Assembly: GCA_963620955.1 (NCBI GenBank)
Contig: CAVFCO010000113.1
Span: 1 to 50,849 of the forward strand
Direction: 5' to 3'
From: Alistipes senegalensis
Lineage (GTDB): Bacteria > Cyanobacteriota > Vampirovibrionia > Gastranaerophilales > Gastranaerophilaceae
DNA length: 50,849 bases
Shown: positions 38,538-49,441 of the stretch, piece by piece
How positions within the stretch are numbered: position 1 is the first letter of the stretch
How the letters are laid out: each line of letters opens with the position of its first letter
The notes under the pieces: generated by a model
Seen by the model: only the letters and a program-made list of their open reading frames with translations
Database searches by the model: none
What the model was told of the DNA's origin: nothing
Made by a program: the position numbers and the translations under genes

Positions 38538-40164
38538 TAAGCATTTGAATGTTTTCACGAATATTTTTATAATTAAAGTCGATGCTCTCAATTTCTTTAT
38601 ATAATTTGAGGGCTTCTTCTTTGTTTCCTTGACGTTCTAATAACAATGCAAGTTGATATTTTGCATCAATGTGGCTAGGTTCAAGTTCAAGAATTTTTTC
38701 AAGAGTGCTTCTTTCACTTGTTTTATCGTGTTGATTTTCATATAACAAAGCAAGTTTATACAAAACGTCAGTATTTTCAGGTGAAACATCTGAAGCAACC
38801 AATAGGGCATCTTTTTGTTCGTAAGTGTTACCGATAGACTCATAAGCATCTGCAATTGCCATATAATATTTTGCTGCTTTTGGATTGATTTGAATTGCTT
38901 TTTTATAATGCAAAATCGCTTCGTTGTAGTTTTTAATGAACGAATTTACTTGACCTAATTCGTAATAAACTTCAGGATTTGTATTATCATATTGCATTGC
39001 AAGTGTGATAATTTTAAAACATTCGTTGATGTCTTGTTTTTCAAACAAATATTTAGCCCAATTTACGAATACGTTACTCATTTCTGTGTGAATATCTTTT
39101 ACTTCAAGAGGGTTTACAAGGTCAAGAATTTCTTTGTATAACTCAATTGCAGGCATGAAATCATTATTCTTTTCGTAATTTTGAATCATCAAACGTTTAA
39201 TGTCGATGTTTTCTTTATTCTTTTCTGAAAGTTCGCTTAATAAAGCCATACCCTCTTCTTCTTTACCACTTGCAAGAAGAATTTTAGCGATATATGTTTT
39301 TGTCTTGATTTTGTCTGAGAATGGGTGTTCTAACAATTTTTTAGCATAAGCCATTGTTTTATCTACATCTTTTTCAAGGTAGCATAAATTAATCAAATTG
39401 TTTAATAACCATAGGCTCAAACTGTTGTTTTCATTTGTTTCTAACAATTTTTCGCAATTTTCAATTGCACTTTCGTAGTTTTGAACTTTTATGTATAACT
39501 CAATAAGTTTCTTGTTTGTGTCTGTATCTTCTGGGTAAATTTCCAAAATTTCGTTTAATTCATCAAATGCTTCTAGATAATTTTCTAATTCAATGTTTAA
39601 TTCTGCAAGTTTTGTTTTAATTTGCATTAATTCTAAGTTATTTTCAGTCAATGATTCAAGTTTTTTAAGCACTTTAAGTGCAGAAGTTTTTTGCTTAGTT
39701 TCTAAATAAATATCGCTCAAATCTTTTACTGCAACGATATTTTCAGGGTCTTGCTTAATGATTTCTTGAAGTTCTGTGATTGCTTTTGCGTATTGATTAA
39801 TTTTCTTGTAGCATTTTGCAAGCAATAAACGAACATCAACATTGCCATCATCTGAGTTCAAAACTGTTATGCATTCTTTGATTGCATCGTACATATTGTC
39901 TGTTGTGTAATATGTTTTTGCTAATAATGCTCTAAGTTTATGATGCTCTGGTTTTACATTTAGGTATGTTGTTGCTAATTTTTCAACAAGTTTATATTTC
40001 TTTTGTTTAAACAACAAATTTGCTTGTTCTAAAATATCTTTCTTTGAAATTTGTAATTCTCTATGACTTGAAGATGAACCAGTAGAAAGAATCATAATTA
40101 TTAAATAAATCAAAGCGATTATTGAAATTAATGCAATTAATAGAACAAATAATGAAGTTGACAT
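38509..40164 (-). CDS. Membrane-anchored TPR-repeat protein
   Basis: N-terminal TM helix LFVLLIALISIIALIYLIIMIL, followed by many TPR-like units (AILHYKKAIQINPKAAKYY and similar). Confidence 0.8.
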   Translation of the reverse strand: MSTSLFVLLIALISIIALIYLIIMILSTGSSSSHRELQISKKDILEQANLLFKQKKYKLVEKLATTYLNVKPEHHKLRALLAKTYYTTDNMYDAIKECITVLNSDDGNVDVRLLLAKCYKKINQYAKAITELQEIIKQDPENIVAVKDLSDIYLETKQKTSALKVLKKLESLTENNLELMQIKTKLAELNIELENYLEAFDELNEILEIYPEDTDTNKKLIELYIKVQNYESAIENCEKLLETNENNSLSLWLLNNLINLCYLEKDVDKTMAYAKKLLEHPFSDKIKTKTYIAKILLASGKEEEGMALLSELSEKNKENIDIKRLMIQNYEKNNDFMPAIELYKEILDLVNPLEVKDIHTEMSNVFVNWAKYLFEKQDINECFKIITLAMQYDNTNPEVYYELGQVNSFIKNYNEAILHYKKAIQINPKAAKYYMAIADAYESIGNTYEQKDALLVASDVSPENTDVLYKLALLYENQHDKTSERSTLEKILELEPSHIDAKYQLALLLERQGNKEEALKLYKEIESIDFNYKNIRENIQMLTTEGESPSF

Positions 40165-40249
40165 AAAAACCTTTTTCTAAATCCTATCCTTGGTGTATTT
40201 TTTTTGTTTCGTGTTTACTTTTAATAAAAAATAATTATAGTGATAGTAT

Positions 40250-40810
40250 ATGCTAAAGAAATTAACTTGTCTATTCTCCATTTTGATGATTTTTTCATCT
40301 GCGGTACTTGCAGATGAACTTAGTAGTGGGCAAGATTGGGCATCGCTATCTCAAATGGAAAACGCTTGGGACGGACAAAAAATGATTAAAAATTCAGAAT
40401 ACGATGCCATTGTGAATGAATTAGAAAAAAGAAAAAATGCAAAAAAAATAAGAGCCGAAAAAAGAGCAGGCGAAATGTTGATGAAAAATACTGAAATCAC
40501 AGAATCTGACATGCTTGCTAAATTCGACGAACAATATCCGTTATTAAATCTTACAGTGCCATTAAAAATTGGTGATAAAGAAATCCCTATCGGACATTAC
40601 AAAGTCGTAGGAGTTAAAGCAAACGGAAAAGTATATTTGAACTTATGCCAAGCATATAACGTCGTTGGTAGACTTACTGCGGTTGAAACAGAGGACGATT
40701 TTGACGAAAACGAAATTAATTTCGTAAAAGTTGAAGATGTTGGCAATAATTTTCTAATGGTAAAATACGGTTCAATGAAATTTAATGCTTATGCTTATGC
40801 ACAATATTAA
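40250..40810 (+). CDS. Secreted hypothetical protein
   Basis: 186 aa with signal peptide MLKKLTCLFSILMIFSSAVLA. I recognise no domain. Confidence 0.55.
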   Translation: MLKKLTCLFSILMIFSSAVLADELSSGQDWASLSQMENAWDGQKMIKNSEYDAIVNELEKRKNAKKIRAEKRAGEMLMKNTEITESDMLAKFDEQYPLLNLTVPLKIGDKEIPIGHYKVVGVKANGKVYLNLCQAYNVVGRLTAVETEDDFDENEINFVKVEDVGNNFLMVKYGSMKFNAYAYAQY

Positions 40811-40864
40811 AAATAAACAAATTGGGTTATAAAAATTTCTTTGATTTTGTGTTAATTTATTATC

Positions 40865-42706
40865 ATGAAACGAATTTTTTATGTAATTTTTATAATAATT
40901 ATTTTGCTTTTACTCTGCAAAGCGTGTATCAGAAAGGATATATCTGATGAACGAGAGTTTAAGCATGATATTGTAAGAACAGAATCTACTTTCACTTTTC
41001 CTGCAGACCCTAAAAATATAAACATTTTGGGTAAAGACTTGTTGCAATCTCAAGCACCAGTTGGAAAATTTGGCGGAGAGATGATTTTGTCTACTATTGG
41101 TGAAGGTCCAAAAACTTTTAATCCTTTTACCTCAAAGGATTCGACTTCTTCAACAATGTCAGCAATGATGTTTGACGGATTGTTTTCAACCTCGCCAAAA
41201 GACGGAAAAATTATTCCTCGTTTGGCAAAATCTTATGAAACAAAAGACGGAATGACATATATTGTTTACATGCGTCATGGGATAAATTGGTCTGACGGTG
41301 AGCCAATAACCGCTAATGATGTTGTGTTTACGTGGAATAAAATTATCCTTGCCGGATTAGGAAATACTTCAATTCGAGATATGGTAACAATTGACGGAAA
41401 ACTTCCAAAGGTTTATAAAGTCGACGATTACACAGTAAAATTTGTTATTCCAAAACCATTTTCACCTTTTGTAAGAATTTTGGCAACTCAAATTGCACCA
41501 AAACACATTTTTGAATCTGTTGTAATGCAAGGTGCAAAAGAGTTTGATAGTTTCTATTCAACAAACACAGCACCTAAATTGTTTGTTACAAGTGGACCTT
41601 ACCGTTTGAAAGAATACCTTGCGGCTCAAAGAGTGGTGTTTGAACGAAATCCTCAATATTACATGGTAAATAAAGAAAATAAAAAACTGCCTTATTTAGA
41701 TAAGGTTATTTACTTAATTGTAGGTGATTTGAACAATGAAATTTTAAAATTTGAGGGACACGAAATCGATGTGATTTCTCTAAGAGGTTCAAATGTTGCC
41801 CCTTACAAATTAAAAGAGGGTAAATCAGATTATAAAATCTACAATTTAGGCCCTGATACCGGAACAATGTTTGTTGTTTTGAATTTAAACAGACGTAAAA
41901 ATTCTGAGGGTAATTATTACGTAAATCCGCAAAAGCAATTTTGGTTTACAAATAAAGACTTTAGAACTGCAATTGACTATTCTCTAGATAGAAAAAATAT
42001 GGTTCAAAATATTGCAAATGGACTTGCAAAACCGTTGTTTACACCAGAAAGTTTAAATTCAATCTTTTTGAATAAATCGATAAAAGGTCATGAAAGAAAT
42101 GTTGCAAAAGCAAAACAAATTTTGACCCAAAGCGGATTTAAAATAGGTAAAAATAACAAATTATACGATAAATTTAACAATCGTGTTGAATTTGATTTGT
42201 ATACAAATGCCGGAAACACTGAACGTGAAGCAATCGGTGTTATGGTAAAACAAGATTTGGAAGATTTAGGTATGCATGTAAATTACAAACCTATTGAATT
42301 CAATACTCTTGTTAACAAAATGACAACAACGCTTGATTGGGATATGATTATTATGGGGCTTACAGGTTCTCCACTAGAGCCTTATGACGGTAAAAATGTT
42401 TGGTCATCAATGGGGTCGTTGCATTTGTTTAATCAACGAACAGAACCTAGCCAAATTGAAGATAGATATCCATTTGAAATTCGTTTAGATGAAATTTTTG
42501 AGTCTGCTCCTTTAAAATTAGATTTTGCAGAACAGAAAAAACTTTATGACGAATATCAACAAATAATTTATGACGAAAAACCTATAATTTATTTGTATTC
42601 GCCAATTAGAATTGTTGCTTTGAGAAAGAAATTCAAAAACATATATCCATCGCAACTTTCAGGTATAACTTATAATATTGAAGAAATTTATGAGGATAAG
42701 AATTAA
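40865..42706 (+). CDS. ABC transporter substrate-binding protein, family 5 (peptide/nickel, OppA/DppA-like)
   Basis: 613 aa. N-terminal hydrophobic anchor ending in LLLLCKAC. Family-5 features such as WSDGEPITANDVVFTW. Confidence 0.85.
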   Translation: MKRIFYVIFIIIILLLLCKACIRKDISDEREFKHDIVRTESTFTFPADPKNINILGKDLLQSQAPVGKFGGEMILSTIGEGPKTFNPFTSKDSTSSTMSAMMFDGLFSTSPKDGKIIPRLAKSYETKDGMTYIVYMRHGINWSDGEPITANDVVFTWNKIILAGLGNTSIRDMVTIDGKLPKVYKVDDYTVKFVIPKPFSPFVRILATQIAPKHIFESVVMQGAKEFDSFYSTNTAPKLFVTSGPYRLKEYLAAQRVVFERNPQYYMVNKENKKLPYLDKVIYLIVGDLNNEILKFEGHEIDVISLRGSNVAPYKLKEGKSDYKIYNLGPDTGTMFVVLNLNRRKNSEGNYYVNPQKQFWFTNKDFRTAIDYSLDRKNMVQNIANGLAKPLFTPESLNSIFLNKSIKGHERNVAKAKQILTQSGFKIGKNNKLYDKFNNRVEFDLYTNAGNTEREAIGVMVKQDLEDLGMHVNYKPIEFNTLVNKMTTTLDWDMIIMGLTGSPLEPYDGKNVWSSMGSLHLFNQRTEPSQIEDRYPFEIRLDEIFESAPLKLDFAEQKKLYDEYQQIIYDEKPIIYLYSPIRIVALRKKFKNIYPSQLSGITYNIEEIYEDKN

Positions 42707-43677
42707 TGCAAATTTTGTTTTACATCTTAAAAAGAATATTGCAAACTATTCCGTTATTGATTTTGGTATCAATAATCAGTTTCTTCATAATAAGATTAAG
42801 CCCTGTAGACCCACTTGCAGAACTTAAATTAAATCCGTCGATTTCAAAAGAAACATTAAAATCTGAAGAAATTCGCCTTGGACTTGATAAACCTTTGCCT
42901 GTTCAATATTTAAAATGGGCAAAAGGCTTTGTGCAAGGTGATTTGGGTGTAACAACTACTGGTGAAGAAGTATCTGTAAAATTGGGTGAAAGAATTCCAA
43001 ATACATTGCTTTTGACTCTGGTTGTAATCTTTTTGACTTGGTCTGTCGGTGTTCCACTTGGAATTTTGGCGGCGGTAAATTGGAAAACCCCTTTTGATAG
43101 AGTTTTGACGGTCATAACGAGTATCGGAATGGCAATTCCGTCATTCTTCTTTGCAATTTTATTGTTGATTTTTGCTGTTAAATCGGGTTGGTTTCCTGTC
43201 GGAGGTTTAACTTCGTACAATTTTAAAGAAATGAATATGTTGCAACAGATTTTTGACGTTGCTCATCACTTGTTCTTGCCTGTAGTTGTACTGTTTACAA
43301 TATCTTTGGCTGGTTTGCAACGTCAAATGAGAGCAAATTTGCTAGATGTATTGGACAGTGATTATGTAAAATTTGCAAGAGCAAAGGGTTTAAGTGAATT
43401 TAAAGTAATTTTTAAACATGCCTTGAGAAATGCTGTTAATCCGATGATTACTCTTTTAGGATTTGAATTTTCAGGACTTTTATCAGGTGCTGCTCTTACA
43501 GAATATGTATTCCAGTACCCTGGGCTTGGAAGATTAATTCTTGAAGCAGTAATGAAATCTGATATCAATTTGGTTATGGCATCATTAATGATTGGTGCGA
43601 TTATGTTAGTTGTCGGTAACTTAATCGCTGATATACTGTTGATTATTACAGACCCTCGAATTAGGGCAAAGGCTTAG
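42706..43677 (+). CDS. ABC transporter permease (OppB/DppB-like)
   Basis: 323 aa, six TM helices. The DYVKFARAKGLSE..V..KHALRNA EAA-loop motif is typical of OppB/DppB. The ATG overlaps the upstream stop. Confidence 0.9.
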   Translation: MQILFYILKRILQTIPLLILVSIISFFIIRLSPVDPLAELKLNPSISKETLKSEEIRLGLDKPLPVQYLKWAKGFVQGDLGVTTTGEEVSVKLGERIPNTLLLTLVVIFLTWSVGVPLGILAAVNWKTPFDRVLTVITSIGMAIPSFFFAILLLIFAVKSGWFPVGGLTSYNFKEMNMLQQIFDVAHHLFLPVVVLFTISLAGLQRQMRANLLDVLDSDYVKFARAKGLSEFKVIFKHALRNAVNPMITLLGFEFSGLLSGAALTEYVFQYPGLGRLILEAVMKSDINLVMASLMIGAIMLVVGNLIADILLIITDPRIRAKA

Positions 43678-43687
43678 GGGGACTGGC

Positions 43688-44755
43688 ATGATTAAAGATA
43701 TTTTTAACGGAATATTTAAAGATAAATTCGCAACAATTGCATTTTTTGTTTTGGTGTTTATTTATGTATGCCTATTTTTGGCAGAATTTATTGCACCTTA
43801 TTCAAAAGATTATAGCGATAGAGAGTTGTCTTATGCTCCGCCATCACAAGTATTTACAATTGATGAAAACGGAAAATTCTCAAAACCGTATACCTATAAT
43901 TACAAAAGAACTTACGATGCCGATTTAATGCAAACAATTTTTAAATTGGATAGAAGTAAAAAATATTATATAAAATTCTTTGCAAGAGGTGAAGAATACG
44001 TATTTTTAGGCTGTTTGAGAATGGATAGACATTTGATTTCAGTTGAAAATGGCGGAAAACTTTACCTTTTAGGTGCTGATATAAACGGTCGTGATGTATT
44101 TTCAAGACTTTTATACGGCGGTAGAATTTCTATGACAATAGGATTTTTAGCCCTAATTGTTTTGTTCCCAATAGGGTTAATTTATGGCGGAATTTCGGGA
44201 TATTTCGGCGGGGTTGTCGATGTTTTGATGATGAGATTTGCTGAGGCGATAATGTCTATTCCAAGTTTTTATCTGTTGATTATTCTTGCCGCAATTCTTC
44301 CGTCGAATATGACAAGCACACAAAGGCTTATTTTAATCGTTGTAATTCTTGCAATGATTGGTTGGGCTGGATTTGCAAGGGTTGTAAGAGGTATGGTTTT
44401 ATCCGTTAAAAATCAGGATTTTGTTCAATCTGCAAAAATGGTTGGTTCTTCTGATTGGCGAATTATTATCAAAGAAATTTTGCCTCAAACAACAAGTTAC
44501 GTTATCGTTGCAATGACTTTATCTGTTCCAAGTTATATTCTTTCAGAAAGTGGATTGAGTTTCTTGGGATTAGGAATTCAACAGCCTGATGCAAGTTGGG
44601 GTAATATGTTAAAAGAAGCACAAGAGTACATAAATATTTTGTACAGACCTTGGCTTTTGACCCCTGGATTTTTAATTTTTGTTGCAGTCTTATCATTTAA
44701 CCTAATAGGTGATACAATAAGAGATGTGTTAGACCCAAAAAGTAAAGTAAGATAG
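43688..44755 (+). CDS. ABC transporter permease (OppC/DppC-like)
   Basis: 355 aa. LGADINGRDVFSRLLYGGRISM and QDFVQSAKMVGSSDWRII motifs are typical of OppC/DppC. Confidence 0.9.
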   Translation: MIKDIFNGIFKDKFATIAFFVLVFIYVCLFLAEFIAPYSKDYSDRELSYAPPSQVFTIDENGKFSKPYTYNYKRTYDADLMQTIFKLDRSKKYYIKFFARGEEYVFLGCLRMDRHLISVENGGKLYLLGADINGRDVFSRLLYGGRISMTIGFLALIVLFPIGLIYGGISGYFGGVVDVLMMRFAEAIMSIPSFYLLIILAAILPSNMTSTQRLILIVVILAMIGWAGFARVVRGMVLSVKNQDFVQSAKMVGSSDWRIIIKEILPQTTSYVIVAMTLSVPSYILSESGLSFLGLGIQQPDASWGNMLKEAQEYINILYRPWLLTPGFLIFVAVLSFNLIGDTIRDVLDPKSKVR

Positions 44756-44763
44756 GTGAAAGT

Positions 44764-45465
44764 ATGATACAATATACCATAAGTTTAGTGACCGCAATAG
44801 TTTTAGGCTTTGCGTTAGGTCTTGAAAGAGAATTGACAAACAAACAAGCAGGATTAAGAACTCATATTTTTGTTTGTTTAGGCTCATGTATTTTTACTTT
44901 GCTTTCAATTCACGGTTTTCCAACTTTTGCTTATGGTGATAACGTAGTTGTCGCAAATGCAACAGGTGTCAGAGATACAGCACGTATTGCGGCTCAAATT
45001 GTAACTGGTATCGGTTTTATCGGTGCTGGTACAGTAATGAGAAATGGTTCAACAGTTCATGGACTTACTACGGCGGCTACTTTATGGCTTGCTGCCGGTA
45101 TTGGTATGGCATGTGGTTGCGGACATTATGATATTGCAATAATTTCAACTGTTTTATGCGTTCTTGTTTTAATCTGCGTAAAATGGATTGAAAGAAATAT
45201 TTTGGCAAGAAGAAAAGTTGTTAATAAACGTTTAAGACTATCTTTGAAATGTGAAAAATGTAGTGTAAACGAAATTCAAAACTATATTATCAATGAATTC
45301 CCATACTTAAACGAAATCAAAAAAGTTGATTCTGACGGCGAAAACGATGCTAAAATCGTTGCTGTTATTAGTGTAAAAGACAATAATCCGCTTCAATGTT
45401 TATATAAAGAAGTTGAAAAAGTAGATGGTATTAAAACTATTTCTATAAGAGAGGCAGATGAGTAA
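44764..45465 (+). CDS. mgtC: MgtC/SapB-family membrane protein with a soluble C-terminal domain
   Basis: GLERE...GLRTHI and TGIGFIGAGTV motifs, then a C-terminal soluble domain of about 90 aa. Confidence 0.85.
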   Translation: MIQYTISLVTAIVLGFALGLERELTNKQAGLRTHIFVCLGSCIFTLLSIHGFPTFAYGDNVVVANATGVRDTARIAAQIVTGIGFIGAGTVMRNGSTVHGLTTAATLWLAAGIGMACGCGHYDIAIISTVLCVLVLICVKWIERNILARRKVVNKRLRLSLKCEKCSVNEIQNYIINEFPYLNEIKKVDSDGENDAKIVAVISVKDNNPLQCLYKEVEKVDGIKTISIREADE

Positions 45466-46768
45466 AAATAGAGCCATAATTCGTTTCGACGGAAATGCAA
45501 GAGATTACTGGAAGACTTTTTTTACAACACTTTTTATTGTTGTAATGTTTGTTGTGTTGAATATTTTTTATATGATTCATACAATTCTTAACGGCGATGC
45601 AAATCCTAGAAAAACTAATGTAGACGCAGTTTTTGAGTCTTACCTTGTAGATATTTTAATCGATAAAAATAATCAATTTGCAAAAACTTATCCAAAAAAT
45701 TATGCAGTAAATATGCGTTTGGGTATTTTGTACAGTTATAAAAAAGACTATATTTCTGCCGAAAAAGAATTTAAAAACTCTATAGAAAAATCTTTATCTT
45801 ACGATTATGCCCCAAGTTATCAACTTGCAAAACTTTATGTAAAAATGGACAGATTGCAAGAAGCACAAGAAATTATGGATAAAATTGGTGAAAAGCCAAA
45901 CAAAAAATTGATAAGATTTAAAGGTGATATCTATACTTTATTAGGAGATTCATACTTTAACCAAGGTTATTACGCACTTGCAGCGATAAAATATGATAAA
46001 GCGATGTCTTATTACGATGTGATTAAATTCAAAGATGAAAAAGTCGTAAAAGAAAGATTTGTAAATTCTTGTATTGCACTTGCAGACAAGTTTGTAGAAA
46101 TTGGAAAAATTGATGAAGCGATAATGACTTTGGAAAAAGCCTATGAACTAAAACCAAATTTAATTTCAATAAATTATAAATTAGGGCTTTTGTACATTGA
46201 TAACGACCCTTACAAGGCTTATGATTTGCTATCTTTTGTGCATAAAAAATCTCCTCAATCAATGAACTATGATGTTTATTTTGATTTGATAAACAAATTG
46301 GCAAATATTGAAGATTCTAAGGGTAATCCGACAGAGGCAGAACTTTACAGAAAAAGAGCAAAATATTATCAAACTTTTGTTAAAAACAATTTGTTGTACG
46401 ATAAAGACCTATTTATCTCAGTTAATAAAATTGACGTAAACACTGATATTGCGGCACAAGAGTACATTATGAACGTGCAATTTACTCTGCAAAACAATTC
46501 TAGTTTAGATATCGAAAATTTATCAATCAAAGCGGTATTTAAAGACGGTGATAAGGTTATCCAAACTCTAACTCAAAAAATCTTTGATGAAACAAGAGTT
46601 TTTGAGGCCGGAACTGTAACTCCGCCAATTTCAATCAGTGCTTCTGAATCTTACAATGGAACAAACAAAAATGATAACTTGTCAGTAGATATTTATGCTT
46701 ACAAATATCCAAAATATCAAGTGAAACTGTTCTCAGATTCGGTTAAAAAGCCTGAAATTATTGAATAA
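45458..46768 (+). CDS. Membrane-anchored TPR-like protein
   Basis: One TM helix (FFTTLFIVVMFVVLNIFYMI), followed by TPR-like helices and a C-terminal beta-rich region. The ATG overlaps the end of mgtC. Confidence 0.65.
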   Translation: MSKNRAIIRFDGNARDYWKTFFTTLFIVVMFVVLNIFYMIHTILNGDANPRKTNVDAVFESYLVDILIDKNNQFAKTYPKNYAVNMRLGILYSYKKDYISAEKEFKNSIEKSLSYDYAPSYQLAKLYVKMDRLQEAQEIMDKIGEKPNKKLIRFKGDIYTLLGDSYFNQGYYALAAIKYDKAMSYYDVIKFKDEKVVKERFVNSCIALADKFVEIGKIDEAIMTLEKAYELKPNLISINYKLGLLYIDNDPYKAYDLLSFVHKKSPQSMNYDVYFDLINKLANIEDSKGNPTEAELYRKRAKYYQTFVKNNLLYDKDLFISVNKIDVNTDIAAQEYIMNVQFTLQNNSSLDIENLSIKAVFKDGDKVIQTLTQKIFDETRVFEAGTVTPPISISASESYNGTNKNDNLSVDIYAYKYPKYQVKLFSDSVKKPEIIE

Positions 46769-48509
46769 AAATTTGCATTTGACAGTTTTTGCAATCAAAT
46801 TTTAATTTGTATTTTTGATTTTTTTCATCAATTAAATACAAATTTATAGGCTTTTTGCACATATTAAACGCATATTTTAAGCAATGCTTTGTTGTCATTA
46901 AAGGCTTATCCTTTATAGATGCACCGCTTTCGATAGTTTTTTCTGTAATTTTGCAACCACATTTTTCGTAAAATGCTTTTGCAAATTTGTTATGAACATT
47001 TGCTCTAAAATCCATTTCTGAGTACGGAAATTTCGCATAACGCAAAGGTTCTTGTTTTTGTAATTTGTAATTTTTTAACCTTTCGTCCATTAGTTTTTGG
47101 AACAAATTTCTGCGTAACTCATTTATTTGCGAAATTGGTAAAAATGGTAATTTTGATGCGTTTATTGAAATTTTTTCGCAATAAAAATCACTTTCATTTG
47201 ATTTTTTTAATTGTTTTTCAAAATTTTGAGCCATTTTTTCTTGATTATTCGCAAGTTCTGATGAATTCATCTCAACAAATGCGGTGTTATTATTCTCATC
47301 TGTTGCGATAATTCTGTCATCTTGAACTTCAATGTTGGCTTGAATTTGTCTTTTTGTTTTTGAAATTTTTAATTGTTTTTCAAATTCTGAATCGAAATTT
47401 CTGAAAATAGTCATACCAACTTTTATTCCAGCCATTTTGTTTGGATAAATTTTATCGCCGTCAACTCTGTTTACCAAACAACCGGAATTATTGAAATACA
47501 AACCGTCTTGGGCATGAAGATTATTGTTTTTTATTATGAAATAATTTTCTCCAACTTTTTCGACTTTGCCTATTTTTTCGCCGATGGATTTTGGTGTGTC
47601 AAAATTGAAAATTTTACCACGTTTTTCTAAGAAATAATCCGTAAAACCTCGGTTAAAGGATTTTTTTACATCAGGCTCAAAATCCAAAAATACTTTGCCT
47701 GAAGAACTTTTTTTGCTTAGTTCATCTAATTTTTGTCTATAGTATGCAACGACATTTTTTATGTATGAAATATCTTTTAGTCTGCCCTCAATTTTGAAAG
47801 ACGTAACTCCTGATTTAACAAGTTTTTCAAGATGTTTTTCGGCATTAAAATCTTTTAGAGATAGCAAATGTTTGTTTTCCGCTATTATTTTACCGTTTTC
47901 ATCAACTAGAGTATATAATTTTCTGCAAGGTTGAGCACATTCGCCTCTGTTTGCTGAACGTCCACCAATTGCTTGGCTCAAATAACATTGTCCACTATAA
48001 CTTACACATAATGCACCATGGATAAATGTTTCTATCTCTGTTTTTACGTTTTTGCAAATGTTATCAATTTCGTCTAAAGAGGTTTCTCTAGCGATAACAA
48101 CTCGATTTAATCCGATTTCATCGAAGAATTTCACTTTTTCAAGATTTCTGTTATCACATTGAGTGCTTGCGTGTAGCGGAATTGGAGGTAATTCATTATT
48201 CATCGCTAATTCAATAAGCCCTAAATCTTGGATAATGATACCGTCAACTCCGATTTCGTAGAGTTTTTTTATCAATTCTTTTGCTTGTAAAATCTCGTTA
48301 TCATCAAGAATAGTATTTATTGTGCAGTAAATTTTTACATAAAATTTATGTGCATAATCAACAATTTCTTTGATGTCGTCAAGTGAATTTGAAGCATTTT
48401 GTCTTGCCCCAAACATATTTGCACCAATATATACAGCATCTGCACCGTAATCAATGGCAGAAATAGCACATTCTTTATTTTTTGCTGGTGCAAGAAGTTC
48501 TGTTTTCAT
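46758..48509 (-). CDS. Peptidase U32 family protein (long form with C-terminal extension)
   Basis: ELLAPA...AI.YGADAVYIG N-terminal signature. Conserved Cys cluster (GALCVSYSGQCYLS...CAQPCR). Confidence 0.85.
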   Translation of the reverse strand: MKTELLAPAKNKECAISAIDYGADAVYIGANMFGARQNASNSLDDIKEIVDYAHKFYVKIYCTINTILDDNEILQAKELIKKLYEIGVDGIIIQDLGLIELAMNNELPPIPLHASTQCDNRNLEKVKFFDEIGLNRVVIARETSLDEIDNICKNVKTEIETFIHGALCVSYSGQCYLSQAIGGRSANRGECAQPCRKLYTLVDENGKIIAENKHLLSLKDFNAEKHLEKLVKSGVTSFKIEGRLKDISYIKNVVAYYRQKLDELSKKSSSGKVFLDFEPDVKKSFNRGFTDYFLEKRGKIFNFDTPKSIGEKIGKVEKVGENYFIIKNNNLHAQDGLYFNNSGCLVNRVDGDKIYPNKMAGIKVGMTIFRNFDSEFEKQLKISKTKRQIQANIEVQDDRIIATDENNNTAFVEMNSSELANNQEKMAQNFEKQLKKSNESDFYCEKISINASKLPFLPISQINELRRNLFQKLMDERLKNYKLQKQEPLRYAKFPYSEMDFRANVHNKFAKAFYEKCGCKITEKTIESGASIKDKPLMTTKHCLKYAFNMCKKPINLYLIDEKNQKYKLKFDCKNCQMQIFIQ

Positions 48510-49441
48510 TATTTTATGCTCGCAAAATATTCAATAGTTTTTTTCAAACCGTCTTCAAGTTTTACTTTTGGCTCATAACCTAAAATAGTTCTCGCTCTTG
48601 TTAAATCAGGCTTACGTTTGATAGGGTCGTCTGACGGTAAAGGTTTGTGGATTATTTTTGAATTAGAATTTGTCAATTTGATAACAAGTTCTGCAAGTTC
48701 TAAAATTGTGAATTCGCCGTCATTACCAACGTTTACAGGTTCAAAATAGTTGTCTTTGTTCATCAATGCAACCATACCATTAAGTAAATCGTCAACATAA
48801 CAGAACGAACGGGTTTGTGAACCGTCGCCGTAAATAGTTATATCGTTATTTTTTAAGGCTTGAACGATGAAATTTGAAACGACTCTGCCGTCGTGTTCCG
48901 CCATATTTGGACCATAAGTGTTAAATATTCTGATAATTCTTGTATCAACATTGTTTTGACGGTGATAGTCCATCATCAATGTTTCTGCTACACGTTTTCC
49001 CTCATCGTAACAACTTCTAATACCGATAGGGTTTACGTTTCCCCAGTATTCTTCTTTTTGAGGGTGCATAAGAGGGTCGCCGTAAACTTCACTAGTTGAG
49101 GCTTGTAAAATTCTTGCCTTTACACGTTTTGCAAGACCTAACATGTTTGTAACCCCAATAACACTAGTTTTGATTGTTTTGATAGGGTTGTGTTGGTAGT
49201 GAATAGGGCTTGCTGGACAAGCAAGGTTATAAATTTGGTCTGCTTCAACAAGAATTGGCTCTGTGATATCGTGTCGAATAAGTTCAAAATGTTTGTTATC
49301 TAGCAAATGTTCAATATTTTTTTTAGAGCCGGTAAAAAAGTTGTCCAAACAAATAACGTAATCGCCCTGATTTAAAAGTTTTTCGCATAAATGAGAGCCA
49401 ATAAAACCTGCTCCGCCTGTTACTAGAATTGTTTTGGTCAT
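48509..49441 (-). CDS. UDP-glucuronate decarboxylase (UDP-xylose synthase-type SDR)
   Basis: [14 protein letters not shown] Rossmann motif, STSEVYG, YDEGKR catalytic YxxxK, and a RIFNTYGP block typical of UXS enzymes. Confidence 0.85.
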   Translation of the reverse strand: MTKTILVTGGAGFIGSHLCEKLLNQGDYVICLDNFFTGSKKNIEHLLDNKHFELIRHDITEPILVEADQIYNLACPASPIHYQHNPIKTIKTSVIGVTNMLGLAKRVKARILQASTSEVYGDPLMHPQKEEYWGNVNPIGIRSCYDEGKRVAETLMMDYHRQNNVDTRIIRIFNTYGPNMAEHDGRVVSNFIVQALKNNDITIYGDGSQTRSFCYVDDLLNGMVALMNKDNYFEPVNVGNDGEFTILELAELVIKLTNSNSKIIHKPLPSDDPIKRKPDLTRARTILGYEPKVKLEDGLKKTIEYFASIK

